A stretch of DNA of 64,000 bases from Ruditapes philippinarum (taxonomy: Eukaryota): the NCBI RefSeq assembly GCF_026571515.1, contig NW_026854172.1, positions 248,001-312,000 of the forward strand. Reading direction: 5' to 3'. Position numbers and translations under genes: made by a program. Under the pieces are notes generated by a model. That model was not told where the DNA came from, ran no database searches, and saw only the letters and a list, made by a program, of their open reading frames with translations. This document shows, piece by piece, positions 60,979 through 64,000 of the stretch. Positions within the stretch are counted from its first letter, which is position 1. Each line of letters begins with the position of its first letter.

Positions 60979-61820
60979 AAAAGGGATAACCCGCCGCCCT
61001 TATTTATTTATATGTCAAGTACATTGTAAGTAAAGACATAGCAATAATTTTATACTTTATTTGTTTAAATTGAAGTCATATATTTTTCTTTCTCGTAATT
61101 ATACTGCTTGAAAGCGACCATGATGTGTACCATTACATAGTTAAGTTTGATAACATTGTTCATGCATTGATAGCTTGACACCGGCAAGATATTGTAGTAT
61201 GTTTTTATTTACCTATGTATTAAGATTTATTTCATATCATGACGTTCAACCAGAAATAAACATACTTTTGTTATGTAAATTTAATGGTAAGTATTTTTAA
61301 GTATTGGTAACGGTACGTGAAAATGTAACTCATTTGATTGGCAAGTTAACAATAATCATTGTACCTTTTTTGTTATCAAAGTAAAATTGTGTCTATCAAC
61401 ACATAAAGCGATTGCTTTAGCATAGCTGAGGGTACATTTTGTATTGTTTGTACTTTTATTGTGTTTTATTGTTAAACCAAAAACATGTGCAGTATTCAGA
61501 TTGCATTATTTTTGTTTTTCGATGTGTTTTAAACAATAAATACAATGTGGCTTTGTAAACCATTGATTTTTGTCCCATCATTTATATTCATGACTCCAAA
61601 TTTCATATCAAATTGTATTTCTTCTTAAAAAAATAAAATTGAGTATTATTTTTGGTTGCCTTATGTATCGAACATTCCAAGTCACAAAAAACTTAAATAA
61701 AGACAGGTTAATTTTTGTTGTGTCAAATTGACAATTAGCTAGTAAATACAAGTTTTGCGCATGCGCTCTGACATTCGCAACACCTCGTCGATTTTTCATA
61801 ATTGTCCTTTTCCGAATATT

Positions 61821-62044
61821 AGATTATACAAATTTATTTTAGTTCAAATGTGTTAGAAGCTATAAGCTTATTGAAACACTCTCGAATCCGTTCCTGGAAC
61901 CAACAAGTACTGAGCAATGAATGTAATGTTTCTTACTCAAGGAAACAACGACTTGCCCTTGACGGGGTTTGAACCCACGCTGTCAGGAAACCTTAAATTA
62001 CTAGTCCGACGCGTTTACCACTCGGTCTAGACCCCATTCTAATA
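61821..62044 (-). mobile_element. CORE-type SINE with 10-bp TSD
   Basis: Minus-strand copy of the 19265 family; TSD tccgaatatt at 61811-61820 and 62045-62054. Confidence 0.75.
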
Positions 62045-63189
62045 TCCGAATATTGACAGTTAATCAACTTCAAGATGAAAATCAGTATTTGGATTAACTG
62101 TTTAATGCCCATATTTTGTAAAATTATGATTTTAATTTATTCTTAAATTTCATAAACATGCTATTTCCAGTTGACACAAACTAGTTCAAAACTTTTGTTA
62201 CATGGGCAATTTTTCTAGTCAGTGTCGTTTTCATGTGTTACCCTTCACCAACGCTCATCAGTTTCAATTAAACTTACCATTGCTGCTTCCAATAGCGACC
62301 TCGTCTGTAGAGAAATGAAGCAGCACGGGTACTAATCTACGTTATTTCTGTTTCTTACAACATCATATTCTGGTTCTACAGTTGGGAAAGACCACCTGAC
62401 AATTGAAAATAGTTCAGTGACAACCTAGGGAGACAAGTGATCGCCAGGAGAGGCTAGCATCAGGGAATCAAATTGGAGAGGTCATCAGCTTCATGCACTG
62501 TTTATTCCAATCAAATGATATTATACATTTTTATGTAAATCTGGGGCTACACTGAGGTCTGACAGGTAATTTGGTGTCAAAACAAAAATGTATACAAATT
62601 TCCCCACAAATCACAATATTATGACTAAAATAACAATAACTTACACTTTGACCAACCCTCTAACAACAATTATGCTAGAAAATGCATTTTCACATTAGCT
62701 TTTGATGCAAAAATGAAAGTTGGTTTTCCCAGACATGTACTGTACAGTAGTTACCCACAATTCATCGGGTATAACTAAAATACGCAACGGACATTTTTGG
62801 AACAACAGAGTAAACGGGGGTAAAAAAGTCTATTGATTTTTTCTCAACTCTCTAACCTATCATGTTTATATAACTTGAGTATAACGAAGAAAAACTGTAT
62901 AAAAGATAATCAAGGTAGCAATTTCGTTGTCTTGAAAAATCAAACGCCAGCGAAGCGGACATTTTCTAGACAAAACGGAAAGATATTATATACATGTACA
63001 ATTATTTTCATTGACATTTCAGTTTCCATTTCAATATTCTAAGGCAAACATAATGCATCGGTGATATTTATACTAAAACGAGCACAGTGTAATCACACTA
63101 ATAAAAGTATTTAACGCTATCTATAACGTATTTAAATCAAATACAGTTAATGACCTGTCTCATTTGATTTGATTGTTTGTTTTTGGGAT

Positions 63190-63340
63190 GGAGTGGGGGT
63201 TACGTCACACAAAACTGTGTAAGTCATTTTGGCGAATCTTCAGTTTTACTGGTGGAGAAAGAACTCAGGTGCCCCCTTTGCAAAATTGTTTCTGGCACAA
63301 ACGGGCATCTGTGTATGTAATGAGTGACGTTTCGTAGGCT
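63190..63340 (-). mobile_element. Degenerate SINE body
   Basis: actggtggagaaagaactcaggtgcccc matches the 45390-45640 copy. Confidence 0.5.
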
Positions 63341-64000
63341 ATCTTGATAGGATCGTACATACACGTTCCATACACAATTACATCATATTCATACCATAGG
63401 CAAAATTAAATGCACGTTTCCTGTTGTAACAATATGAAACCCGAGAAAAAAGCCTATGAACCAGCTTTTGAATGTGGCATTACTATAGTTATTCCATAAA
63501 AGCACCCCCCCCCCCCCAAAAAAAAAAAGAGTGAGTACATCAATGGGCATGCTCTGGAGTGTTGGTATTTATTACATGCACTCCAGTTACGCACTGTGCA
63601 TGTATATGAATTCGATTTAACTCTGACACGTTTTCAACAAAAAGTCTTCAAACTATGATACAATAAATGTTTATGATTCTATTAGAAGCTTGTTTAGAAT
63701 TTAATGATTTTTTGGTGAAAACGATATAGTCTACTTGTACTTCAGATAAGATCAAAGTGCTGAAGGCACTGAAGAAAAAACCGGATAAACTTTCACATTT
63801 TCACTCCAGTTTTACAGGTAAATTAATTTTATATGTCGCGGTTTACATCTTAATATCAGCTAACCTTTGCTTTTTGAGACTTTTGTTTTTGAAAATAATC
63901 TAAACGAGTAAAATAAATCCTCTTTTATGGGCAAATAATTTAATAAGTAGCATCCCCGATTTCTCTTTCATAAATTGGCTTTAGCAAATTCTGTTCTATT

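Overview
AT-rich, intron-rich animal genomic DNA. The SINE, MITE and Helentron-type (HINE/pearl-like) repeats suggest a bivalve mollusc, possibly a venerid clam (inference). I rebuilt six spliced genes by hand from splice sites and reading-frame phase. (1) The 5' end of a PLEKHD1-like PH-domain gene (-), running off the left edge. (2, 4) Two intact 5-exon steroid 5-alpha-reductase (SRD5A1/2-type) paralogs (-). (3) Between them, a 271-aa gene (-) with a MADS/SRF-like N-terminal module, a candidate PY-NLS and one CCCH zinc finger; two of its splice acceptors are amplified into minisatellites. (5) A ~909-aa TOP6BL/TOPOVIBL-like meiotic SPO11 partner (-) with a U12-type intron, a greatly expanded TP/SP-repeat tail and a REC114-binding-like C-terminus. 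(6) A 10-exon mitochondrial sulfide:quinone oxidoreductase (SQOR, +), head-to-head with TOP6BL. The rest is non-autonomous transposons, SINEs, a LINE fragment and minisatellites. Most short ORFs in the track are spurious or exon fragments. Gene identities rest on recalled family motifs, not database searches.
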